Origin: Podarcis tiliguerta
Taxonomy: Eukaryota
NCBI GenBank assembly: GCA_965153285.1
Contig: OZ229110.1
Reading direction: 5' to 3' (one strand)
Length of the DNA: 64,000 bases
Below, piece by piece: positions 50,144-63,155 of this stretch. Every line of letters begins with the position of its first letter. The stretch's first letter is position 1. The translations under genes were made by a program, and so were the position numbers. Under the pieces are notes generated by a model. The model saw nothing but the letters and a program-made list of their open reading frames with translations. It did no database searches and was not told where the DNA came from.

Positions 50144-51794
50144 CAGCACTAGACTGCAGCCTGTAGGATCTTTCAAGCCACATAGTCTAATTGGATTGAC
50201 TCATCTCTTCCTCCTTTCAGATGTTTTGCAGCATGGAACTGCATGGGGATCTTCTGGAGAAGACCACGTTCTTCTGTTTGTGACTGACTGCACACTTATT
50301 GACTGACCCATGGGTTCCGGTGACTTCACCATTTCTGTTGGTTCTGTTGGTATAACCCCACCAAATTCCAACACAGAAACTTTGCAAATCTAAAACACAG
50401 ACTAAATATTGTGTTTTAGTTTCACGTTCTGTTTGTATATTTCTAATTGTCATGCAACATCTCATTCTCAAACAATTTCGTTTTTAAAAAACCCAACTTT
50501 CATGGCATACTAAATCAAATTGTGAGCTTTCCCTCTCTGAAAACAAACTTTGTTCTGCAGAAATATGTGCAGAAGGCAAATAAGCTCCAGTTTTTGGCAT
50601 ACACAAAAATACAAATCAGCAATCTGTACACATACATAGAAAACAGACACTGTACCTGTTAAAGAAGTATAATTGAAGGACACAGAACTTAATTCCACAC
50701 GGGTCTACATGAGCTCTGATGTCACACAAATTAACATGTCTGCTTTGGTTTGTGGCCTGACATGAACCCCTCTTGGCACACTACTTGTGTACAGAGGGCA
50801 AGTGTGTTGGCCTGGGGATGCCCAGTTACCCCTGCCCCTTCTAATACTACCACTGTGGTCAACATAATGTTTGAAGTGGGGGAAACTTTTCTGTGCTTCC
50901 CTGCACAGAATCTTGATTGCCTGAGATGAAAATCGAATTGTTCGGACTCCCCTTGTATTTCTGCTACTGCCAGGAGATCTAATGTTGCTACATTTATAGT
51001 ATGGGTATGGTTTTTTTGTATGCTGTTACATTTGCTATATGTGGCTGCTTTGTTATTGCGGTTCTTGTGAAATTATGATTGTGATTTTGTGATTTATTAA
51101 TGGTTGTAAGCTGTTTTGAGCATTATATTTTTGATCACAGAACAAAAAACATGGGCAGCTAGAACTATATGTGTTGATTATATCATGAGAACCACAGCAA
51201 CATCCCATGTAGGCAGTGGCAGGAGCTATTAATATTTTTTCTCCTATCACTGGAAGGATGGCTGCCATCTTTTCTCTTTCTCATATATATATACTTTGCA
51301 GCCGTCAAATCAGCCTGTACAATAACGCAAATGGCTGTTATTTAGACTAGTGTACTGACATATGTTAAGGGTCATTTTAGCTGTATATTTATACCTCTAG
51401 TATATTTTATCTTACTGTTTTACTTTTTGAAAAAAAACGTAAGCCACTCTGAACTTGTGCTTTTAGAGAGAGCTATAAATGGAAAGAAATAATAAAAAAA
51501 GATGTCCTCCAGTGGATTATCACATAGCTACTAGCACTAAGTCAGAGATGGAACAGAGCTCAATAGAGATCACATAACAATGAAATACACATAAGCAATT
51601 TATTTCCTTTTACTCCAACTCCCAATAAATGCAGTACATACAATGATATTTGTATGTAGGTCACAAGGTACTCCCCTGGTTTTATCGGTCATCTAACTTC
51701 TGTTCTCCTTTACTGTCACCCTTACTAAACGAATAACGTAAACAAGGATCCAACAACAGCAATAATGGGCCTATTTATCACACAGACTTACAGT

Positions 51795-51864
51795 ATGCAT
51801 GTCTACTCAGAAGTAGGTCTCTTTGCATTCAATGGGACTTACTTCCAGGTAAGTGTGGTTAGGG
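51795..51864. repeat. Short quasi-palindromic interspersed repeat
   Basis: atgcatgtctactcagaagtaggtctctttgcattcaatgggacttacttccaggtaagtgtggttagg; same family as 41252. Confidence 0.5.
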
Positions 51865-51934
51865 ATGAAACCTTAGATAACATTTATACCATTGTAATGG
51901 CTGAGGCTTCCCCTCAAAAAGCTTAAGAATAGTA

Positions 51935-52301
51935 CCATATTTTTCGCCCCATAGGACACACTTTTCCCCCTCCAAAAATGAAGGGGAAATATGTGTGCGT
52001 CCTATGGGGCGAATGCAGGCTTTCGCTGAAGCCTGGAGAGCGAGAGCAGTCGGTGCGCACCGACCCCTCTCACTCTCCAGGCTTTGCGCAGATCTCTGCA
52101 AGGCGCAGGAGCCCGGCGCCGGGCTCCCACGGCTTGTGGAGAGTTGCCTGTTCTGGGGGCTGGGGTCGGGGGAAGCTCGGGCTTCCCCCACCCCAGCCCC
52201 ACGCCTGGGGGAAAAATAAATAAATTTCCCCCCTTTATTTCCCCCCCAAAAAACTAGGTGCACCTTATGGGACGGTGAGTCCTATAGGGCGAAAGATACG
52301 G
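51935..52301. mobile_element. Tc1/mariner (Tc2-like TIR) non-autonomous element
   Basis: TA|CCATATTTTTCGCCCCATAGGAC ... GTCCTATAGGGCGAAAGATACGG|TA. GC/CpG-rich interior suggests a young insertion. Confidence 0.85.
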
Positions 52302-53500
52302 TAGTTTGACTACGGAGCAAAAATTTGCCTTTTAAAGACCCCTGCTCTCTCTCACACAGGACTACAATTTCCAGGGGTCTCTAGGGAGAGAAACTGGTAG
52401 CAGAACTAGTTTAAGTCTACATTATCTAATGGCAGCTTCATAGAAAGCCCTAGTGAGTGGTGTAGATTTTACCAAATGCCATGAGGTTGACCAAACAGCT
52501 ACAATAAAATAATTCTTTGCACATTCAATTGCTAACTTTGAGTTTGAATTGCTCTTCCAGCAAAGAAACATCGATCAAAAAAGCCAAAGACTTAAAAGCA
52601 AATCCTGTAGAAAGGTACATAAGAGTGAACACTGTGGCGTTGTCAAAATGTGCGTTATGAAGTTAAACTTGCTTATAAGTTTCATTTTATAAAAAGTGAC
52701 TTTAAAGACAGGTGCGTTCCTTTTTTATCTGCCTGTGGATACTAGATAAGCCATATTTTTTTGACAGAAATATGTCCTTTTGATGTAATGGACTAGACAC
52801 AAAAAACTCCAAACAGATTTTTCCCATGGAAAGCCTGTGTGCACAAGGTTATGTGCTACCTGTAACCTAATTTGCCAAATATAAGGTTTGTCCCCACAGA
52901 CCAAATCTGGGAGATCATAATAGGGAATGCTGCCCAATTAATAGTTATACCATTCGATAAACTGATAGCAGTAATGTACACCCAACATATGGAAGGGATA
53001 AGAGGCCTATAAAAAGAAGAGAGGCGGCTAGAAAGGAAGACTGGTGTAACGTAAAGTTCCCACAAGAGGTGGAAAGTGATACGGTGATACCACAAACACA
53101 GTAAGAATAAGTGCCAGTCTAGTATGCTGGGGGAGGGACTTTTTCTGTCCTGGAAATTTATTTCAAAATACAAATTACTTGGCCAATTTAACATGCAGAT
53201 GCAGATATAATTGTAAATAAGCAAAGATCATAAGGATCCTATTACAGCAATTGATTTCAGTTTGGAGAAGTGTGCAAAGTTGCTGCTGAAATCAATAAGG
53301 TTGGAAAGCGCTTCACATCACGCCAGTTGCTTGGCTTTAAAAAGGGGAGGGTAGATGTCATAGCCCTACTTGGGTGTTAAGTTTGTATGTGAGTTTTTGT
53401 TTTCACCCGTGAAAGTGCTGTCAAGCCCTGTCTCCCAGTCTTCTTTTTCCTCATCCTCCATAAGGCTGAATGTATGCAGCAGGGAGCCTACTCTTTAATC

Positions 53501-53815
53501 CAGGGGTCAGCAACCTAAGGCCCATGGGGGCCATTTAACCAGCCCGTGGACCCCTGCTACCCACTTGGGGACCCCTGCCACCCGCTCAGTCAGCTCCTGT
53601 GCGCCGCACTAAACCGGCGCAGAGCAGAGTGTGGACCACCGCTGGTCGGCTTTCCATTGGCTGCAGGAAGCTCTTGCAGCCAATGGGAAGCTGTGCACGA
53701 CTCCTCCATGCTGGAATAGTGTTTGCGCATGCGTGTGCACACACACACTCCTGCCCACCACGGCATCTGCGGGACCATGAACCGGCCCAAGCCACAAAAA
53801 CTTTGCCGACCCCTT
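53501..53815. mobile_element. hAT-type MITE with perfect 8-bp TSD
   Basis: CAGGGGTCAGCAA ... TTGCCGACCCCT(T). TSD ctttaatc at 53493-53500 and 53816-53823. Confidence 0.88.
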
Positions 53816-56232
53816 CTTTAATCCCTTCCTGCACAATAAGGCGCCTTGCTTCAGACCTTTGCTTTCCAAAACATGGAGGGCTGAGAAGAGAGGAGGAGGA
53901 TATATGCTTGTGTGAGGTGGGGGGCAGGGCGGGGCAGGAGAGGCAGTCTGGGCAGCACACCTCCCACTCTCCCTCACACAATGGAAATCAAGTGTACAAT
54001 TGGAACACCCATATAAACAAAAAAAATTCAGATCACGTAGGATATAATCTGGAAACTATTTTGACGGTTGTATCTGACTCAAAGTAGACCGGTTGGAATT
54101 AATGGACAAGATTAGTTTAAGTCCATTGATATCAATGAATCTACTCTGAGTATATCTTATTTGGATAAAACACTGAATCAATATCAAGAAAAATAATTCA
54201 ACAGTGAGTGCTTCTAAATTAACTTTTGCTGATATGGATCATAAGAGGTGTCATAAGAGCCTAGACAATGTCATTACTATAAGATACATACATGTTAGTT
54301 GTGCAAATTCCATATTTTGGCGCATTTATTCAGAGAAGCCTGGAAAACAGCTTATGATTTGAAGAGAGGTTTTAAAAGATGAATATGACAAAAATTAACA
54401 TTAGAAGCTGCTCTGAAATATGTTCATTTTCCCTATGACAAATATCTTTTCCATCAAATATAATTGCAACTGGACATAACATTAAGCCATAGTTTAGTGA
54501 TTTGTGTGCAATACATCTCCCTACTCTTTCTCTGTTGTAGCCTCAAGGAGCAAGAGATGCTTCCGATCACCTCCTCCTCTGGAATAGTCATGAAGAGGAA
54601 GTTGAAAGCAACTGTTTCCACTTTCAACTAACCACAGTTTGTGATTTGATTGAATGGGAAAAGCTATGGTTAGTTTAAACAATAGTTTGTCCAAACAATC
54701 CAAGATCAAACTGTGGTTTATTAAAACTAACAGCAGCCTCACTTTGGTCAAAACAACATTCAGTGGTCAGTTGAATATAGAAGTGGTTGTTTCTGATCTC
54801 TTCCTTGCAGCCACCCTGGAGAAGAAGAAAGGGCGGGAGCATGAAAGCCTGAGGTTTGTTCATCTGCCACAAAACTATGGTTTAGAATTACATCTGAATC
54901 TGGTCACAGATTGCCACATTGGGACAAGACAGCAATGGCAGGACAGTTAACAGTATCTGGAGATAGCATTCACCTTGGGAATCACACTTTATATGACACA
55001 TTTTTACAGGTAGTCATATCTATCACCCATACAGCAGGAATTTTTGACTTCCCATCGGACATGAAAGGTAGCTGTGTATCTCTAAATTCTTGGGCACTCA
55101 AAGTAGTGTGTGCCCCCTTCATGTTTACAGATTAATGTCTTTGTGTTAGACAGTAAAATATTATTCACTTACAGTCTTCAATGGAGCTTATTCCTTTAGT
55201 CAGTGCACAGGGCTGCATCTTAATCCTCCCTCAGATCAAAGTTCAGTAGACTGCTTGGGGCAATACACTGCTGTATTCTTATTGTAACTGCAGATAGAAA
55301 CTAGAATTGCTTAGGTGTAAACCTGACACACAGAGTTTGACTATTCAGAAATTATATAGAGCAACCTTCCCCCTTTCCTAAGCTACTCAGTTTTTAGAGA
55401 CTGTGTACAGAAAAAAAACACACCTCCAAAACTTATTTACGGGATGTAACATTTAGAGAATAACCCACAATCCCCACCCGGCACTCTTCAGCAGTCTAAC
55501 ATTAGGGATTGCTCACACTTATGGCTCATCCCCAAACTGCACAGTCTTTTATTGAGATTTGAATCCCATGGCCTTCTTGGATCACTCCAACTCATCTGCT
55601 CTGCTGTTTGCTCTTCTATAGCATTGGCCCTACTATTAGGCAGAGTGAGGCAGCTGCCTCGGGTGGCTGATTTTGGATGTCGTGAAATTGTAGTGAATTG
55701 TTAGTAATTTTATTTATTACTATTATTCTTATTATTAAATATTGTTGCTTCAAGGGAAAGGAAGAGGTCTTTGTGGGAATTGGCCGGCCTTGCATGCCAA
55801 ACACCTTGACTTAGCTGGGAGGGAGCAGCCATTTGTGCTGCATCTCAGGCAGCAAAATGTCTCAGGTTACCTCAGGGCTGTCACTTTCTTTTGAGGAAAA
55901 ATTTAGATTAAACGTTCTTTTGCACTTTTAAAAATAGATTTTTCTGTGGTTAGGAACTGGTGGCAAAATGCACTAAGATGTTTGAGATAATGATCAATTG
56001 ATGGGAGATGTACGGCCTCTGTACAAACGAATCTAGATGAAAGCTCACTGTTGTACAACATCTCTGCTAACAAATCTGAATGGGCAAGTAAATCAGGGAG
56101 AATGCTTAATAAACATGTTACTTGGAGGAGCCTTTGGGCTGGCTCTGCTCTTCTTTACAGCTTGTGTATGTGTGTGTAAAACATTGTCATGCAGAAGACA
56201 CCGACCCCCAACGTCTCTGTTAAAAACATATA

Positions 56233-56458
56233 CAACGGTACCTCAGGTTAAGTACTTAATTCATTCCGGAGGTCTGTACTTAACCTGAAACTGTTCTTAA
56301 CCTGAAGCACCACTTTAGCTAATGGGGCCTCCTGCTGCTGCCATGCTGCCACAGCATGATTTCTGTTCTCATCCTGAAGCAAAGTGCTTAACCTGAAGCA
56401 CTATTTCTAGGTTAGTGGAGTCTGTAACCTGAAGCGTATGTAACCCGAGGTACCACTG
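56233..56458 (+). mobile_element. Tc1/mariner MITE, copy 4
   Basis: TA|CAACGGTACCTCAGGTTAAG...CGAGGTACCACTG|TA; very similar to copy 3. Confidence 0.9.
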
Positions 56459-58086
56459 TAACCTCCCCATTTCCACTTTTCTCCTGCACAAAGCAAAGGT
56501 AACATGTTCGAAGACAAATCCCTGTCTGTTTTCTTTTCATATTAATTGACTTACACAGCTGTTTTATTGACTGGGGTGGGGTGGCACAGAGGAAAAGCTA
56601 TGGGGAAATTTGAGGGACTCCCCACCACCGAATGAGGATTTCTACCAGGTATGTACCCCTGCAGCTTTGTAATTCCGTCTGAATAAAAACAACAGTGCTG
56701 AGGCTGCATCCTAAAACATGCCAGGGTATCAATTCCCACCTGCCCCCCCCCAAAACACAATACTATCTTTCTTGTTACATTTCATAGTGTCTGACAACTT
56801 TTAACCACAGGAAAGAAGCTGCTTTGAAGAAGTCTCTTGCTAAGTCAAGCTCTGGCATGGAGCTTAGACGCCTGAGCCCTCAGGGCTCCGGGATTGTCAG
56901 CAGCCTTTTTTCTTTTTCTTTAAATAGCTGAGTTAGGGGTTTTTCTTCAGAAGTTTTTTTGGGGAGTGGGTGGGACAGGAGAACAAATGAAATTGAGTAA
57001 GAAACGTAAACTAAAAGTGAGGGACAGAACAGAGCTCCCAAGGCTATCTCGGCAGATCCTGATATAATTTCATGCTTTTTGGAGGCATTTAATTCTAAAT
57101 TGTCTAGGATGAATTTTAGAGGGGCAGCCCCACAGAATTAAACGGACATGATACTGTCAAGGGAGGAACCCTTGTGTTGGTTCTTCTATTAACATCCTCC
57201 ACCAAGCCTACCGTTTTCAGCGGTCTCCTCTTTAGATGGGCCTGAAAAGCATTTGTGACACGGGAATTTACTTATAGCCAGTGGAGGAGAGTGCAAAACT
57301 TATTACACAGTGAAACTTATTACAATGCATTCAACTGGATGCATGAAGAAACTCTACATGGCAGTTCCCCATGTGTGTTTACTTGCCTGCATAGAACAAT
57401 GTCTGAAGAGAGACATTCATTTGCCCAGCTCATTGGGCACAGAAATAGTCACTTCATAGTTTTCTCCTGCCTAAGAGATGCTTTCTGGAAACCATATCGC
57501 TCTCTCTCTCTGCTGAAGATACTGCTTTGCAAATCTGTTTACTTGATACCCCATACTGCACACTAAGAAATGTGTCCCACGTTGACTGTCCCAGTTTAGG
57601 GTCACTTTAGAGATACACAAAAGCCCAGACAGCAACTTTCTATGCTTATGCTCTGTCCCCGCCCAGACTCGCTTGTTGGAACCCCGCTGCTCCTGTCCCC
57701 AACAGCTGTGATGAACTAACTCCTGTGCTCATTAGGTTATATGCAAACAGTGATGAAAGGGAATGTAGAGCCGTGTCACGTTGAGCAGTCAGAAAACAAA
57801 CCTTTGACACAAAGCAGCAGGCAGATAATAAGACTCTGTGGTTGACAACAAATGAGACTACACTTAATTTGCTGTGCAGTGTTCATGTAATTAGATACAT
57901 TTGGTACAGGCAAGGAAGTAGACAGCTAGAATATGGTCATGATGAATTGGGGGACCCTCTGTCAGGCTCTGATCATATTAATCATAAGGCCAAAGCTTGG
58001 TGACTCAATTTTTCTTCCGAGTATGCACTGTTACTTTCTTTTCCACAGGGAAAATATGCTAGTTTTGAACTAGAATTCTTGTGTAA

Positions 58087-58110
58087 ACACACACACACAC
58101 ACACACACAC
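58087..58110. repeat. (AC)12 microsatellite
   Basis: Direct reading. Confidence 0.9.
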
Positions 58111-59699
58111 AAACACTTGTTGTGTTTAAAGTAGAATAATCATAAGAAATATTCCTTTTGTTTGAATAAGGAGATTTTCTTGTACACTGTATAAGCACAG
58201 GATAGCCCTATCAATTCTGCAGCAGAATTCTATTTTCTCATGGCACCAGGAAACAAGAATAGCCCCTACTGTAGCATCCAGAAAACCTACACAGTGGTGG
58301 CCACTCTGTTTACCAATCTGATCTAAAGCACAGGATGCTATCAGTGTACACTATAGTAGATAGGAAGCCCTCTTTCCTTCCTGCACATACTGTAAGGAGG
58401 TTTCTCCTGCAGAGACAGTGAACACGACACTGCAAAAACAGGCACAACCGCTAATTTATTTCACTGAAAGCCTATTTGAAATCGCTTATCTACAACTTTT
58501 CACCGGAATTATAACTAGCAAGTTTACAAAAATAAGCGGATACAGTTGTAACAAATTAAAATTTAGAAAAAGATATCCAAAGCTTTAGTAAAATCTGATA
58601 CTCAGGATTGACCGTCCGAGAATGCCTGAGTAAACGCATGTGCTTTTAGCCAGTGGTGAAACAGCAAGGCAGCACTTGCCTACTGCACCTCCAAAAGGAG
58701 ATCATTTCACAAGGGAACTACCACTAAAATTTGGTGCCCCGCCTCTCTTGCTCTGTTCTACATCATTGTTGTGTTGCCCCCTGTGGTGCTGGTGCCCAGT
58801 GTGGTCGCACTACTTTTAAACCATCTCTGACCACGGAGAAGGCCTTCCATATGACTATGCAAGGCCTATGTCACCACCAGAGCCTTCTGCCTGTGCCATT
58901 TGTGGCTATGGAGGTTTGTGGAATTACATTTCAGTGAATTCTGATTCAGGTTGACCTGATCCACACACCCCAGACCAACGTGCATATTGGAATGTTAAAA
59001 CTAGCCTGAATTCTATAGGGCAGTTCTTGGCTCACAAAACATACCACGGTGCATTAAAAAATTGGTGCTTCGGGATTTAGAAATGCACTTGTGGAGATAT
59101 GTATTTCACAAGATTTATATAACGCTCGATCATAATAAGCCCTCAAGGAAAAAAGAATATAATTACCAGTAAAAAAAAGAGCTGAAAAGAGCTAAAGGAG
59201 CTGTAGTCCAACAACATTTGAAGGGCCACAGGATAGCTACCCTTGCCCATAAGCCTGTTCTTCTTGTTTTCAATGTGGAACCAGAAAGGCTACACTCCCT
59301 CACTTCCACCAGAGGTTTCTGCCAAGGAAACAGAGAAGGCCTCTGACTTTAAACTCCTTTAAGCACTGCTTCTTGTTATGGATTGTCCAGTAGCAAAATA
59401 AACTGTAAACTTCTATGCCACGTAGGGAAGTATTAAGTTAGAAACAACATGTTGCTAAAAAAAGAAAAAGGCTGCAATTTTAAGTCTGCAAAATAATAAA
59501 CTTGTTTAAACAAACCTTTGTGTTTTGATTTCAGAGAGCAAAGACTGATCTTACCCGACATTAATGCCTTTGATTGTTCTTTCAACCAAGTCAGTTACTA
59601 CGAAAGAGTACAGTATAATCCTCTGGGGAGTTGGGTTAGGGTCAGAGGCTGGCAGCTGGTAGGATTATCACTGATGTAACCCAGGTAGATCTTGCTGCT

Positions 59700-59878
59700 G
59701 ATTTCAGAGTCTGAGGCAGTATGCCTCTGGACACAAATTGCTGGAATCGCAGGTGGGGAGAATGCTGTTGTGCTCAGGTCCTGCTTATGTATGGGCTTCC
59801 CTTGGGCATCTGGCTGCCCACTGTGAGAACACAATGCTGGATTAGATGGGCCACTGGCCTGATTTAGCAGGCCCCAAT
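59700..59878 (+). mobile_element. CR1-like LINE 3' end
   Basis: gaggcagtatgcctctg...ggcatctggctgcccactgtgagaacacaatgctggattagatgggccactggcctgatttagcagg. Confidence 0.6.
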
Positions 59879-62254
59879 GTTTTTGGTAGTAAAGAGTCCA
59901 CACAGCTCAATAATCCAGCATGTGGAAAAACAACTGCTCAATTATAGGGTGATTTAGTCCAAGTGGTAATGATGGAATAACTTAACCCTCTAATCTAGGT
60001 ATCCTTGTCCCCTGGGATGCAGGGGATCTAGTAGCATCCTTGACCCCTAGGATGCTGGGGGAAAGAGCAGCAAAAAGGAAACCAAAGTCTAAGATCCCAA
60101 TCAGATGAAGATACTGGAGGACAGCATCCATCTCTTTGCTTTAGATCACCTTGGTCTAAGACAGTCTTAGGTACAGAGGTTAATATGAGGGCATTTCTTG
60201 GCAGTAGGGCAAACTCAAGACAGGAGTTATTTATACTGAATACAAGACCCAAGGTTGATGCATGCACTCTTGTTTTTTAGTACTATGCATTGGCTCAGCT
60301 TGGGTTAGATATGCACATGTTAGCTTGCTCTTTTGAATGATCCAGAGGATGGGCAGATCCAAGCTCAGAGTAGTTCTCAATCTATAAGTACCTAGGTGGC
60401 AAGCCTATGCTTATTCACGTGGGAGTAAGTCCCATTTGACTCCATGAGGGGTTACACCTGTTAATTCACCGTCATACTGTAGAACCTGCAATTGCCACTA
60501 GCAGAGAGCTATCCTAGAATGCTATGATTGGTATTTGACTAAGATTTACTCAAATGAGAGCCACTGAATGTAATGGACCAAACTTAGTCATGTTTCTTCA
60601 TTTCAGTGGGACCACTCTTAGTTGACTACCACCCTAGATGCTTCATTTTGCATGGAAGGAATGAAACTCCAGAGCAATGTATAGTTTTTGCTTTGTTTTA
60701 AACAGTTGAAAGATCAGAGCATTTCCTGTTGCTGCTCCAAATCCATTACTATGAAACCCCTAGGTTTTAGTTTCAGAAGCCATGGATGTTGTTATTATTT
60801 ACTGGATTTGCCGGTTGCTTCCAAGGGAACTCAAAGTGACTTGCATTAAAACTGACTGACATGATAGAGGTGGCCATGTCTTATTATTGAACTGCTCCCC
60901 TCAGCTCCCTTTGATGGGGGCATTTCCCTAGAGTGATCAACATGCTGACCATGCAGTGATAAATCCAGTGAGGGATATTCCAGGCCAGCTAGGGAGGCAC
61001 ATTTTGTCCCAGGCGCTGTGCCTGGTATTTTTTGGCAACAATGAAGCAGTTAATACCCTTTTCAAAGACCTCCGCAACTCCCCATTGCATGAAATTGCCC
61101 AGCTGTCAGACCTTCAGACTCGCCTTCATCCTCACAGCAGTTCTTCTCCTGCCTAAAAAGGGGGATATCCGGAAACAGGGCATTCCAGAAGAGGAAAGGG
61201 GGAGGAAACTGTCAGCTGTGCTGCTCTTCATCACGTCCTTAGGAGACGGCATATTTTTCTCTTCACTGATTGCAGCTGGATTTGGAAACAGTCAGAGCAG
61301 GATTTTGACCCCTCTCTAGAGACATTTTCTCCTCTTTCTCCAAAGTTTTATTTTCATCTCTAGTGAGTAACTTGCTGTCTATCACTGGCTGCTGAGTAAG
61401 TTTCAAAAGTATGAACACCTAAAAGTGTAGCTGTGCCTCTGGGGTGCACACAGAGGAGGGCCTACTGAAAATACTTATGAAAGGCAGTGAAGCCCTGTAT
61501 TTGACTGGAAGTGGAGGAACAAAGATCCCCGTGTGTATGTGCCAAGATTCTGCAGCAGCAGAGCAGAAAAACATTTTATTACTAGCATTGTCATTATATT
61601 TATTTATCCCCCACCTTTCTCCTGAGCTGGGATTAGAAAACATAGCAGAATGTGGTACCAAAGCACAGGACTCAGTTTCCTGAGAATTTCAGTTTTCTGC
61701 CTTTCTTTGGCAAATTTCTTTCTTTCTTTTGCGGATTTCTAGTCTTTAGCAGCACCTCCTGGAATCTGAGAAGCTGGAAAGAAAGCCAACTAACAGCCTT
61801 CTACACATGTCTACTAAGTAAGTCCTATTGAGACCAATGGGACATACTCCCAAGTAAGCGAGTAGAATGGTTGCATGTGCTGTAGCACACCATCTCTCTG
61901 GCATATTTCTGTATGATTTATTCCATTTCTGTTGGAAAGTGGAAAGAGCAAATTAAGGACCTTATAGAGCTGTGACGATCAGCAATGGAACTATTTACAC
62001 AGCTGAATGGCAAACTATAAAGATACACACCTCTGTGATTTCTGCGATTTGATAACACCTGTAGAGTAGTCTATATTCCAGTTAACAAATTTATACAAAA
62101 GAGATAGATTCTGAGGAAGCTAAGAATAGAATGCTTACCCTTGCAGAAAGGCCTTGCTATATATGCTGTAGCATATTTCTTTCTTTTTCCTGTCATTAAA
62201 GTCCAACACAGGAAGGAGGAGGCTACAGCACCAGAGCAAACTGGTAAAACTTAC

Positions 62255-62360
62255 CCATGAATGGCATGGATAGAGTGAGGTTCATAATGGTATCTTCCTT
62301 CCTGGTGACGCATGTCAATTGGCAAAGGAGCATGGAAGGCTGGGAAAAGATGCTGTGGCA
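62255..62360 (-). CDS. GLI2: GLI2 coding exon (exon 3 equiv.; most 5' exon in the window)
   Basis: tttttccttccacag|TGCCACAG ... ATTCATGG|gtaagt; 106 nt; (V)[34 protein letters not shown](G). Phase 2 joins the 35651 exon. Confidence 0.96.
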
Positions 62361-62926
62361 CTGTGGAAGGAAAAAGAAGAAAAACGGCTTCAAAAAACTT
62401 CCTTCATTTTATTAAAAAGAAGGGGGGGGGGAAAGCCCCACAAAACAGTTTCAAAAGCACTAAAGCTCCGTGCATTTCAGAGCAAGTGCAGAGCCAAACA
62501 AGGGGGTCTTCGAGATATCTGTACTATCGTACGCCAGAGAAGGAGAATGAATAAATAATCAAAGCCATTTGGAGAAATCCTACATCTTCGACATAAAAGA
62601 TCTCCAACAGGGTTTTTGACAAAGACAAGCAGCTAAGCGCTCTTTGAACTCAGGGAGATTATAGGAAGCACCAAGGAATACTCGGATCCCAGTGCAAATC
62701 AGAGTCGACAGAGCTTGGCGGAACCCAGACCAGAATTGCTTCCACTGTCAGCAGTAGCAGCACCTTTCCCTAAGGTATATACACAAACATCCCAACTTGG
62801 AAATATTTATCTAAGAGTGGTACAGGCAAGCAAAGCACCAATGTGAACTCTTTTTTTAAAAAAAATCAATTCAAAATTAAAACAAAACATATTATCCAAA
62901 AACATATCATCCTTATTTCCCCCCCC

Positions 62927-63155
62927 NNNNNNNNNNNNNNNNNNNNNNNNNNNNNNNNNNNNNNNNNNNNNNNNNNNNNNNNNNNNNNNNNNNNNNNNNN
63001 NNNNNNNNNNNNNNNNNNNNNNNNNNNNNNNNNNNNNNNNNNNNNNNNNNNNNNNNNNNNNNNNNNNNNNNNNNNNNNNNNNNNNNNNNNNNNNNNNNNN
63101 NNNNNNNNNNNNNNNNNNNNNNNNNNNNNNNNNNNNNNNNNNNNNNNNNNNNNNN
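62927..63155. other. Assembly gap (N run)
   Basis: Run of N. Confidence 1.

Noticed and set aside
43432-54087. GC-rich ORFs at 43432, 44622, 51859-52263 and 53586-54087, and apparent CpG islands there
   Set aside because: Most coincide with the interiors of MITEs bounded by TIRs and TSDs (44.7-45.1 kb looks like another TE remnant); no transposase motifs.
60000-60061. About 25-bp direct repeat with an internal hairpin (atccttg.cccct.ggatgc.ggg x2), superficially CRISPR-like
   Set aside because: Only two units in a vertebrate intron; a simple local duplication.
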